Positions 1 through 7,134 of a DNA stretch of 24,000 nt are shown here, piece after piece. This DNA comes from Methanocalculus taiwanensis. Lineage in GTDB: Archaea; Halobacteriota; Methanomicrobia; Methanomicrobiales; Methanocorpusculaceae. Positions within the stretch are counted from its first letter, which is position 1, and each line of letters begins with the position of its first letter. Location of the stretch: the NCBI RefSeq assembly GCF_024372745.1, contig NZ_VOTZ01000005.1, positions 53,252-77,251 on the forward strand, given 5' to 3'. Position numbers and translations under genes: made by a program. The notes under the pieces were generated by a model. It searched no databases and had not been told where the DNA came from. It saw nothing but the letters and a program-made list of their open reading frames with translations.

Positions 1-1
1 T

Positions 2-493
2 GAGACATCGCTCCTCATCATCCTGGTACGCCCTCACCATAAGAACTTCAATAAACGGCTTGTCAAAAATCCAAAACTCTATTTCACTGATCCGGGACTT
101 GCAGCCCATCTGGCAGGGATACAATCTGCTGAGGATATCCCCTACCATCCGTTGAAAGGCGGTCTCTTTGAGACTCTGATCATTACGGAATTGTTGAAAT
201 TCAGGCTGAACCGGGGCAGGGATTCCAGTCTTTACTATTGGCGGGATAAGCTTGGGCATGAGATCGACTGTATCATCGAATATGCCGGGCAGACGCCCAT
301 CCCTGTCGAGATCAAATCCGGAAGAACAGCAAGCGCCGATTATTTCAAGGAGATTGCCTACTGGAATACTCTCTCGGGAAATACGCCTGAACAATCATTT
401 GTGGTCTATGGGGGGGATCAGGCGCAGCAGCGATCATATGGGCGTCTGATCAGCTATTCCGATCTGCATCCTCTCTTCAGATTCCTTGAGTAG
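2..493 (+). CDS. AAA+ ATPase of the DUF4143-containing family, C-terminal part (5' end lies outside the window)
   Basis: Frame 2 is open from the window edge (..LVRPHHKNFNKRLVKNPKLYFTDPGLAAHLAGI..) and runs into the listed 152..493 ORF. The KNFxKRLVKxPKLYFxDxGL block followed by HEIDCIIE..PVEIKSG is the typical C-terminal half of 'ATPase (AAA+) with DUF4143' proteins. Confidence 0.7.
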   Translation, partial: ETSLLIILVRPHHKNFNKRLVKNPKLYFTDPGLAAHLAGIQSAEDIPYHPLKGGLFETLIITELLKFRLNRGRDSSLYYWRDKLGHEIDCIIEYAGQTPIPVEIKSGRTASADYFKEIAYWNTLSGNTPEQSFVVYGGDQAQQRSYGRLISYSDLHPLFRFLE

Positions 494-506
494 ATGGCTG
501 TGTGAA

Positions 507-542
507 GGGAATCTTCAGAAACTGTTCAGAAAGAAGATTCCC
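507..542. repeat. Perfect 10-bp inverted repeat (gggaatcttc / gaagattccc) with a 16-nt spacer that contains the direct repeat ttcagaaa twice
   Basis: Read directly: arm 507-516, arm 533-542. ttcagaaa occurs at 514-521 and 525-532. It lies 14 nt after the stop of the upstream gene. Confidence 0.6.
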
Positions 543-618
543 CTCTCCCCAGCACTTCATATAAAAGTCCCCTCTTCAGTGGGCAAATTCCTTCCTCCCC
601 GGGCCATACAAACTATCC

Positions 619-629
619 TATATTAAAAA
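619..629 (+). promoter_or_regulatory. TATA-box-like element upstream of the leuC-like gene
   Basis: tatattaaaaa lies about 20-28 nt upstream of ATG 647, consistent with an archaeal promoter giving a leaderless or very short-leader mRNA. Confidence 0.35.
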
Positions 630-646
630 GATCCATATGTATAGCT

Positions 647-1903
647 ATGGCCAACGGAATGACTGTTGCTGAGAAGATATTCTCATCGAAGTGCGGCAGG
701 ACGATTAGAGCGGGTGATGTGGTCATGGCAGGAATTGACGCTGCGATGATCCATGATATCACCGGGCCCCTTGCCATCACCCAGTTTTGGGAGATGGGAG
801 GGGAGCGTGTCTTTGATCCACAGAAGATTATTCTCCTCTTCGATCACCAGATTCCTGCCGACTCCATTCCGGCGGCAAAGAACCACGTGATGATGCGTGC
901 GTTTGCTGAAGAGCAGGGTATCACAAACTATGATCTCCGCGAGGGAGTCTGCCATCAGGTTGCCGTTGAGAAGGGGCGTGTTGCCCCCGGCGACATCGTC
1001 GTTGGCAGCGATTCGCATACCTGCATGTATGGAGCGGTCGGGGCATTTGCAACCGGTATCGGCTCGACCGATATGGGTTTTGCCTTAAAATATGGTGCTC
1101 TCTACTTCCGGGTGCCGGAGACGATCCGGGTGGATGCTGTCGGGACATTTGGCAGGCGGGTTGGTCCAAAGGATCTGGTTCTTCGGATGGCCGGGGATAT
1201 CGGGGCGGATGGCGCCACCTATCGGGCACTTGAATTCGGTGGATCGGCGTTTTCATCCATGCATATGGCAGGGCGGATGACAGTTTCCAATATGGCAATC
1301 GAGATGGGTGGCAAAGCCGGGATTGTCCCGCCGGATGCAGTCACGATGGAGTACCTGAAGGATCGGGGCTCGTTTGATCCTGTCGATATTGCTCCTGATT
1401 CTGATGCCACCTATCTTGAGAAACGGGGATATGATGTTACCACGCTATCCCCGCAGGTGGCAATACCGCATAATGTCGACAATGTTGCACCTGTCGAAGA
1501 GGTTGCCGGGCGGAAAGTCGACCAGGTCTTCATCGGCTCGTGCACAAACGGACGTTTTGAGGATATGAAGGAGGCAGCAGAGGTGCTCGGAGACGATACC
1601 TTCTCTGAGAAGCTGCGGGTGATCATCATCCCGGCATCCCGCGACGAATATCTTAAGACCCTCCGGGCAGGCTTAATCGAACGTTTTGTCGAGGCAGGAG
1701 CGCTTGTAGAAGCACCCTGTTGCGGACCATGTATGGGTGGAGCATTCGGGCTCCTTGCGCCGGGTGAGGTCTCGCTCTCCACCTCGAACCGGAACTTCCG
1801 TGGCAGGCAGGGCAGTACCGAGGCTGAGGTCTACCTCTGCTCACCGGCAACTGCCGCTGCAAGTGCACTGTATGGTGAGATCACCGATCCGAGGGAGGTG
1901 TAG
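647..1903 (+). CDS. leuC: Aconitase-family dehydratase large subunit (3-isopropylmalate dehydratase LeuC; homoaconitase HacA is the alternative)
   Basis: 418-aa ORF with aconitase-family hallmarks (..GSDSHT.., ..IGSCTNGR.., ..CGPCMG.. Fe-S ligand motifs). This length is typical of archaeal LeuC/HacA. It is followed 3 nt later by the small subunit. Confidence 0.85.
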   Translation: MANGMTVAEKIFSSKCGRTIRAGDVVMAGIDAAMIHDITGPLAITQFWEMGGERVFDPQKIILLFDHQIPADSIPAAKNHVMMRAFAEEQGITNYDLREGVCHQVAVEKGRVAPGDIVVGSDSHTCMYGAVGAFATGIGSTDMGFALKYGALYFRVPETIRVDAVGTFGRRVGPKDLVLRMAGDIGADGATYRALEFGGSAFSSMHMAGRMTVSNMAIEMGGKAGIVPPDAVTMEYLKDRGSFDPVDIAPDSDATYLEKRGYDVTTLSPQVAIPHNVDNVAPVEEVAGRKVDQVFIGSCTNGRFEDMKEAAEVLGDDTFSEKLRVIIIPASRDEYLKTLRAGLIERFVEAGALVEAPCCGPCMGGAFGLLAPGEVSLSTSNRNFRGRQGSTEAEVYLCSPATAAASALYGEITDPREV

Positions 1904-1906
1904 TCG

Positions 1907-2395
1907 ATGCGGGTCTGGAAGTTTGGAAATGATATTGATACCGACGCAATCATACCGGGCCGGTTTTTAACAATCTATGATGAGAAAGAGCTTGCAACCC
2001 ATGCATTTGAGGGAACCCGTGACGAGTTCTCGCAAAAGGCAACAGATGGAGATATCATTGTTGCAGGCAGGAACTTTGGATGCGGCTCATCACGCGAGCA
2101 CGCTCCGCTTGCGATCCGCGGTGCGGGTGTCCGGGTGATCATTGCAGAATCCTTTGCCAGGATCTTTTATAGAAATGCAATCAATACCGGCCTTCTGCCG
2201 GTGACATCGTCAGCAGCAAAAGAGATCCAGGATGGTGCAGTCATCTCTGTCGACACAGTGGAGGGCTATATAGAATCTGATGGGACGCGGTATCCAATTG
2301 ACCCGGTTCCGGCATTTCTCCTTGAGATCATCAGGGCTGGCGGACTTGTTGAATATGCACGGGCACACCCGGAGGTTAAGACATGCACAGAATAG
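1907..2395 (+). CDS. leuD: Aconitase-family dehydratase small subunit (LeuD-type)
   Basis: 162 aa with ..KFGNDIDTDAIIPGRFL.. and ..GRNFGCGSSREHAP.. swivel-domain motifs. The substrate loop reads FLTIY, with no Arg where methanogen homoaconitase small subunits have YLRT (recalled from M. jannaschii work). This favours isopropylmalate isomerase. Confidence 0.8.
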   Translation: MRVWKFGNDIDTDAIIPGRFLTIYDEKELATHAFEGTRDEFSQKATDGDIIVAGRNFGCGSSREHAPLAIRGAGVRVIIAESFARIFYRNAINTGLLPVTSSAAKEIQDGAVISVDTVEGYIESDGTRYPIDPVPAFLLEIIRAGGLVEYARAHPEVKTCTE

Positions 2396-3501
2396 CGGCA
2401 ATTGGAGGAGATGGAATCGGGCCTGAGATCATCAATGCAGGTAGATCTGTACTGAATGCAGCAGGCGAGAAATACAACTTTGATATCGAATGGGTTGATT
2501 TTGATATCGGGTCTGACCGGTACCTCAGAACCGGCGAGCTCCTCACAGAAGAGGACATTACGGGGCTTGAAGCCTGCGACTCGATCTTCTTCGGCGCGAT
2601 TGGCGATGACCGTGTAAAGCCGGGTATTATTGAGAAAGGGATCCTCCTTGCGCTCCGGTTCCATTTTGACCAGTATATCAACCTTCGCCCGATCCAGCTC
2701 CTGCATGGTGTCCAGACGCCCTTAGCAAACAAGAAGCCTGAGGATATCGACTTTCTGGTTGTCCGGGAGAATACCGAGGATTTCTATGTCGGAATTGGCT
2801 CCCGGTTCAAGGGATCTGAGAAGACGAGCCTTGAAGTGATCAGGAACCTCTATTCCATCAAGTTCGGAGTCGATGTCGAGAGCGATGCCGAGGAGGTTGC
2901 ATACCAGATAGGCTTGATCAGCCGTGAAGGTGCAGAGCGAGTGATCCGGTATGCCTTTGAGCGGGCAGCGGATCGGGGGAAGAAGTGTTCGTCTGTTGAT
3001 AAGGCAAATGTCCTCTCTGATATCTACGGGCTCTGGCGTGAGGTCTATACCGAGGTATCAAAAGGATACCCCGATGTTGAAACTGAGTTTACCTTCGTAG
3101 ATGCAGTGACGATGTGGTTTGTCAAGAATCCCGAATGGTTCGATGTCGTTGTCACCCCGAATATGTTTGGGGATATTGTCACCGATCTCGGTGCGATGAT
3201 CCAGGGCGGCCTTGGGCTGGCACCTGGAGGAAACATAAATCCTGATGGGATCTCGATGTTCGAGCCGATCCACGGTTCTGCACCCAAATATAAGGGCATG
3301 AATATTGCAAATCCCCTGGCAACCATCTGGGCGGGATCACTCCTCCTGGACTCGCTTGGCGAGAGAGAGGCAGCAAATGCTGTCTTAAAAGGTATTGAGT
3401 CCTCAATTGTGGCAGGGTATGTCACAAAAGATATGGGTGGCTCCCAGTCAACGAGCAGTGTCGGCGACTGGATCGCAGACAAAATCAGGTCCGGCGAGTA
3501 A
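2383..3501 (+). CDS. leuB: Isopropylmalate/isocitrate/tartrate dehydrogenase family enzyme, probably 3-isopropylmalate dehydrogenase
   Basis: 372 aa with ..IAAIGGDGIGPEI.., ..VVRENTEDFY.. and ..NMFGDIVTDLGA..GGLGLAPG.. motifs of beta-decarboxylating dehydrogenases. Its start overlaps the leuD stop by 13 nt. Confidence 0.75.
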   Translation: MHRIAAIGGDGIGPEIINAGRSVLNAAGEKYNFDIEWVDFDIGSDRYLRTGELLTEEDITGLEACDSIFFGAIGDDRVKPGIIEKGILLALRFHFDQYINLRPIQLLHGVQTPLANKKPEDIDFLVVRENTEDFYVGIGSRFKGSEKTSLEVIRNLYSIKFGVDVESDAEEVAYQIGLISREGAERVIRYAFERAADRGKKCSSVDKANVLSDIYGLWREVYTEVSKGYPDVETEFTFVDAVTMWFVKNPEWFDVVVTPNMFGDIVTDLGAMIQGGLGLAPGGNINPDGISMFEPIHGSAPKYKGMNIANPLATIWAGSLLLDSLGEREAANAVLKGIESSIVAGYVTKDMGGSQSTSSVGDWIADKIRSGE

Positions 3502-4168
3502 TCAGAAGGCAGGCAACCCCGAGCAGGATGCCCGAGATCACAATGCCTGTGGATCCGGCACTCTGCTCCGGTGCTGTCGGGAGTGGTGCGGCAGGAACCT
3601 GGGTTGCCTGAGCTGGAACCTGTACTGGTGCTGCTCCCGTGGGAATCAGTGCCGCTGTTACACCGCTTGTCTTTCCTGACTCAACTGAAACGAGCTCGGA
3701 ATAAGACTGGTATCCCTCTTTTTGAAGATTGATCAGGTGAAGACCGAGATCTGCCCGTGAGATGATATAGGATCCTGCGTCATCTGTTGTGCCGACGAAG
3801 TTCTGGTTCTGAAAAACACTGGTGCCTGGATCTGAGTTGATGACAATACTGCCGTAATCGTTGAATTGTGTTTCGCCCCGTGCCATAACTGCATGCACAC
3901 TGACCGTCTCCTGGGGCATGATGTAGGCAACTCCGTTCCAGTTCCGATAACTGCCGGCTTTTTTCAGCTGGAATCTTATCATGCCTGCACGTAGATCAGT
4001 GACGGTGAGCGGCGTATATCCACGAAAGACATTGGTGATATATACTTCAGCACCATCCGGCTCTGAGGTGATCTGAATCGTTCCGGTAGGCTCTGCTGCG
4101 GCAGGAGGGATACAGAGGGCAAGACAGAGAAGCCCTCCAATAATCAGGATAGATGTCAGGATCTGCAT
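3485..4168 (-). CDS. Secreted/surface-anchored protein with two PEGA-like domains, a Pro/Ala/Gln linker and a C-terminal TM anchor
   Basis: N-terminal signal peptide (MQILTSILIIGGLLCLALCIPPAAA). Two PEGA-like repeats (ITSEPDGAEVYI..GYTPL; INSDPGTSVF..LQKEGY). Linker GAAPVQVPAQATQVPAAPLPTAPEQ, then GIVISGILLGVACLLITRRT at the C-terminus. Confidence 0.7.
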   Translation of the reverse strand: MQILTSILIIGGLLCLALCIPPAAAEPTGTIQITSEPDGAEVYITNVFRGYTPLTVTDLRAGMIRFQLKKAGSYRNWNGVAYIMPQETVSVHAVMARGETQFNDYGSIVINSDPGTSVFQNQNFVGTTDDAGSYIISRADLGLHLINLQKEGYQSYSELVSVESGKTSGVTAALIPTGAAPVQVPAQATQVPAAPLPTAPEQSAGSTGIVISGILLGVACLLITRRT

Positions 4169-4192
4169 AGCATGCTATACTCGTCCGGTGAT

Positions 4193-5809
4193 CTAGATAA
4201 TTGTTCGTCCGGCAGGGTATGCGACAGTGATCCCGTCATCGATCCTGCGGACAGTACCCCCGGAGAGTGCGAAGGCTCTTCTGAGGTACCTCATCTGCCC
4301 ATCCTCAAAAATTTCTTCTCCGGTAGAAATAGTGATTGTTACAGTCTCTTCATCTGTTTTGCTGATCATTAGTGCCATCTTATCGGCGCCATACGCAGCA
4401 CACCTTGTGATCAGGGTATGGGCAGCCCGTTCAAACCTGACAGGGTCCATGATCGCGGCGATTGGCTCTGCCCCAGCGCAAACGATGATCGAGTCCTCGT
4501 TCACAACCCGCACCCTCCCCATCCTGAGGGCAAGTGCGGCAGTGAAATCCTCCATGGATATAGTCTCAAGGACCTGATCGGTACTGCGGGGATCAAGCGA
4601 ATCTGAAACAGTACGGCAGATTTCGGTTGTATTACAGTCTTTAAGCGTTGCAATAGGTCTGAATCCACGGAATAGAGTCATATAATCGTTTATCAGCTCA
4701 TCGAGATGGTCGAGGAGCCAGGGCTCGATTACTGCACCCAGCCCTCCCCGATCGATGAGCCGTTCGAGTTTTCCTGCGATATTAGCGGCGTTCAATGCAA
4801 GCAGGATATGCTGATGGGCACCCCTACGGTATTCCTCAGCAAAACTGTTATATCTGGCAAGCAGGTCATCGACTGCCGCTGAATCGATTACAGATGAGAT
4901 CTTTCCGGCAGAATCCCCCTCCTCCAGCTCCTCCAGCATATGAGATACAAACGTGATCCTGCCCGAGATGATGGTGAGGGTCTCATCGATCTCCGCCATC
5001 AAATCCTCGGCAAAGAGTGCGGTCTCTTTCATCCTCTCGGGTGTCTGGGTCTCGATCCCGTTTAGTTCCTCTACCTGCTTTGAAACGAGATCAATACTCC
5101 TGATGGCATCCACAGCCGGGATCGGGTTCCCATGGCCAGAGTAGCAGACTGTTATATTCTCGCCAGCAATCATCTGTTTAAGCCCATTCAGGGAATGAAG
5201 CAGATCATTACGCGAATAACCGATTATCCCTGCAATACCAGGGGATCCTGCAAAGAGCGTATCCCCGATGAAGAGGCTTGTTCCGATCCTGTAGCATATA
5301 CTCTCCGGGCTGTGTCCCGGCGTATGATAGGCGGTGATCTCAAGATTACCTGAGCATGGTATCGTCTCTTCAAAAAGGCCGTATCTTCCAGCTTCCTGAT
5401 TCCCTGTGAAGAGGGGGTTGCCAATGAGTGTCGGAGATAACCTCTTACCGAGGATTTTTGCCTGGGTCACTCCATAATCTTCTGTTTTCAGGGCTTCGAA
5501 GCCGGATACATGCGAGTAGGCGAGGTCTGCAAACGATGAGAGAACAGGATGGCTGACGAGCGAATGGCAGTGATCCATATGGGTGTGAGTCAGCAGTATG
5601 CTGGTTAACTGCCGGCTCCCGGGGAGATCCGAGATGACAGAGAGTATTGTATCTGCCTGCCCCGGGATGGCACCAGGATCGATCAGGATAAGGTCGTCCT
5701 CTGATCCGATGAGATAGGAGTTTGATGAGAGGATATCGATCTTCCTGATCAACGGATAGAAGGAAAATTCTCCTCCCCCGGCAAAACGGATCCATTCCCG
5801 AGCCTGCAT
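4193..5809 (-). CDS. MBL-fold metallo-hydrolase fused to a histidine-kinase-like C-terminal module (DHp-like helices plus a degenerate HATPase-like domain)
   Basis: The full MBL motif set is present: LIDPG, THTHMDHCH (HxHxDH), TPGHSPES, GDTLF, SGHG. The C-terminal half has an H-box-like ITFVSHMLEEL and an X-box-like LDELINDYMTLFRG. A CA-like region follows (DPVRFERAAHTLITRCAAY..MALMISKTDEETVTITISTGEEI..SGGTVRRIDDGITVAYPAG) that lacks the N-box Asn and the G1/G2 glycine boxes. Confidence 0.75.
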   Translation of the reverse strand: MQAREWIRFAGGGEFSFYPLIRKIDILSSNSYLIGSEDDLILIDPGAIPGQADTILSVISDLPGSRQLTSILLTHTHMDHCHSLVSHPVLSSFADLAYSHVSGFEALKTEDYGVTQAKILGKRLSPTLIGNPLFTGNQEAGRYGLFEETIPCSGNLEITAYHTPGHSPESICYRIGTSLFIGDTLFAGSPGIAGIIGYSRNDLLHSLNGLKQMIAGENITVCYSGHGNPIPAVDAIRSIDLVSKQVEELNGIETQTPERMKETALFAEDLMAEIDETLTIISGRITFVSHMLEELEEGDSAGKISSVIDSAAVDDLLARYNSFAEEYRRGAHQHILLALNAANIAGKLERLIDRGGLGAVIEPWLLDHLDELINDYMTLFRGFRPIATLKDCNTTEICRTVSDSLDPRSTDQVLETISMEDFTAALALRMGRVRVVNEDSIIVCAGAEPIAAIMDPVRFERAAHTLITRCAAYGADKMALMISKTDEETVTITISTGEEIFEDGQMRYLRRAFALSGGTVRRIDDGITVAYPAGRTII

Positions 5810-5812
5810 ATC

Positions 5813-6151
5813 TCACCGGAGATGCTCAATTGCATCGCCAACGGTCTTTTCGATGGTGAAAATTGATGTAAATCCGGTCAGCCGGAATATCTTCTCGACA
5901 TCAGTTCTGAGTCCGCAGAGGATCAAATGGCGGCCAGATCCCTTCATTTCTTTCTCAATAATGAGCAGTGCGCGGAGCCCCCCACTGCTGATATATTCAA
6001 GACCGGAACAGTTCACAATCACATTCCCCTCCTGCTCTCCGGTAAATGATCTGAGTATATTCTCTACTTCAGGTGCAGTTTTCGAATCTATTCTTCCGGA
6101 AACATCTGCAAACCTGACCCCCTGGCTATCTGCTATTGTAATCTCCATCAT
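5813..6151 (-). CDS. STAS-domain protein (SpoIIAA/RsbV-like anti-sigma-factor antagonist family)
   Basis: 112 aa with the pattern ..VSGRIDSKTAPEVE..L.....VIVNCSGLEYISSGGLRALL..K..G..L.LCGL...V.KIF.LTGF...F. This matches single-domain STAS proteins, including the Ser at the position phosphorylated in SpoIIAA. Its stop lies 3 nt from the next gene's ATG. Confidence 0.85.
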   Translation of the reverse strand: MMEITIADSQGVRFADVSGRIDSKTAPEVENILRSFTGEQEGNVIVNCSGLEYISSGGLRALLIIEKEMKGSGRHLILCGLRTDVEKIFRLTGFTSIFTIEKTVGDAIEHLR

Positions 6152-6234
6152 TATTATCCACGCTCTTTATCTGATAGGAGTTGGGAGGTAAAAATGTTAT
6201 ATTCTTTTGTCTGTGACCTGACATATTCCCACGG

Positions 6235-6543
6235 CTAAAACACGTGGGGCTCTGACGTTGCCTGGCATTCTTCAAGCATTGCGTCGAGGGGTATCAGTGC
6301 TCCCATCGTATACATCTCTTTCTGTACATAATCAACCATGCTTTTTTGACGGAGTTCGATATTGAATGCTGCATTCAGATCAGCATGGTCAACGTGCCCG
6401 CAGACCGGACACGTAAACTCCTTTCCTCGCCGTTGACCTCTCACACTATATCTGGAACAATTATGCGATTTATATGCCGGATCATATCGCATACACGCAG
6501 TGCTGCAGTTTCTGAACGCTTGATCCGGCCAATCGCTTTGGGA
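6235..6543 (-). pseudogene. tnpB: Relic of an IS200/IS605-family tnpB (OrfB) gene: C-terminal zinc-ribbon/RuvC-III part only
   Basis: The translation ..[36 protein letters not shown].. matches the TnpB C-terminal signature (DPAYTSQxCSxCG...CxxCG...AD.NAA.NI). The first CxxC is broken (CSRYS). There is an in-frame TAA at 6544-6546. No recognisable N-terminal TnpB sequence lies upstream, because the PAS gene occupies the other strand. Confidence 0.65.
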
Positions 6544-6625
6544 TTATCGGTTATCTCCATCCGGGCTATCATCAGGTTTCCGGTAATTTACAGTGAGAAT
6601 ATTAGTGAACTCACATGCCCTCTTC

Positions 6626-7057
6626 ATGAAGCGTTTTGGCATTTTGGGATACAGGCTCCATGCACTCCTTTCACTTGAAACCGGCATTCTCTTCCTGAAT
6701 AAAGATGGCAGGGTGCTCTTTAGTAATCCCTCTGCTGAGTATCTCACCGCCCTCTCACATAATGAGGCATTCTTTTTGCATATCGATGACATTATGGATT
6801 GTAAACCAGTGGTATCAATGATGGATGAAGAATTCTCGATCTGGGATTGTATCACCCGGAATACCATGATAGATCTGATTGGAACCTGCACTGATCTGAC
6901 CATTCGGATTGCGGGCGGGAGAAAACAGGACATCCGTCTTCAGGCAATCAGGAAGAGGGATTACCGTGGAGTGATCATCGGCTATGTCCTCAAACTTGAT
7001 GAGCTGGTCAATCTGCCTGCAAGGGCTGATAAAAAGGCTCAGGCGGGGATGGTATGA
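6626..7057 (+). CDS. Stand-alone PAS-domain protein
   Basis: ..LHALLSLETGILFLNKDGRVLFSNPSAEYLTALSHNE.. is a typical PAS N-terminal cap and beta-strand signature, and ..RGVIIGYVLKL.. resembles the last PAS strands. The start is uncertain: ATG 6626 or GTG 6593. taattta at about 6584-6590 favours 6626. Confidence 0.55.
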   Translation: MKRFGILGYRLHALLSLETGILFLNKDGRVLFSNPSAEYLTALSHNEAFFLHIDDIMDCKPVVSMMDEEFSIWDCITRNTMIDLIGTCTDLTIRIAGGRKQDIRLQAIRKRDYRGVIIGYVLKLDELVNLPARADKKAQAGMV

Positions 7058-7063
7058 TGATAG

Positions 7064-7076
7064 AAAATTATATATT
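7064..7076 (+). promoter_or_regulatory. TATA-box-like element of the hsp20 promoter
   Basis: aaaattatatatt lies about 60 nt upstream of ATG 7135. The predicted transcription start is near 7098-7103. Confidence 0.4.
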
Positions 7077-7100
7077 GTACAAATCCCTAACGAAAGGTTA

Positions 7101-7117
7101 GCCACACGTTGTGTGGC
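7101..7117 (+). promoter_or_regulatory. Perfect palindrome gccacac-gtt-gtgtggc at the predicted hsp20 transcription start (candidate operator or 5'-UTR hairpin)
   Basis: Read directly: 7-bp arms with a 3-nt spacer. It sits between the TATA-like box and the GGAGG (7121-7125) that precedes ATG 7135. Confidence 0.35.
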
Positions 7118-7134
7118 ATAGGAGGAATGAGACT

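Noticed and set aside
647-2395. Alternative call of the dehydratase pair as homoaconitase HacAB (coenzyme B biosynthesis) rather than LeuCD.
   Set aside because: The small-subunit specificity loop reads FLTIY and lacks the Arg of the YLRT motif that I recall for methanogen homoaconitase. The adjacent dehydrogenase also fits a leu cluster. This is not excluded without phylogeny, so the symbols are given at reduced confidence.
683-5816. Numerous antisense or alternative-frame ORFs over leuCDB and the MBL gene, for example 683..1018 -, 921..1298 -, 2266..2706 -, 3045..3482 -, 4227..4577 + and 5445..5816 -.
   Set aside because: Each overlaps a strongly supported gene. Their translations are Arg/Pro/Ser-rich, low-complexity sequences typical of non-coding frames in ~50% GC DNA.
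6544-6933. 129-aa minus-strand ORF in the same frame as the tnpB relic, which could have been the missing upstream part of TnpB.
   Set aside because: Its translation shows no TnpB motifs (no RuvC-I/II context). It is separated from the relic by an in-frame TAA. It lies antisense to a convincing PAS-domain ORF. I treat it as a shadow ORF.
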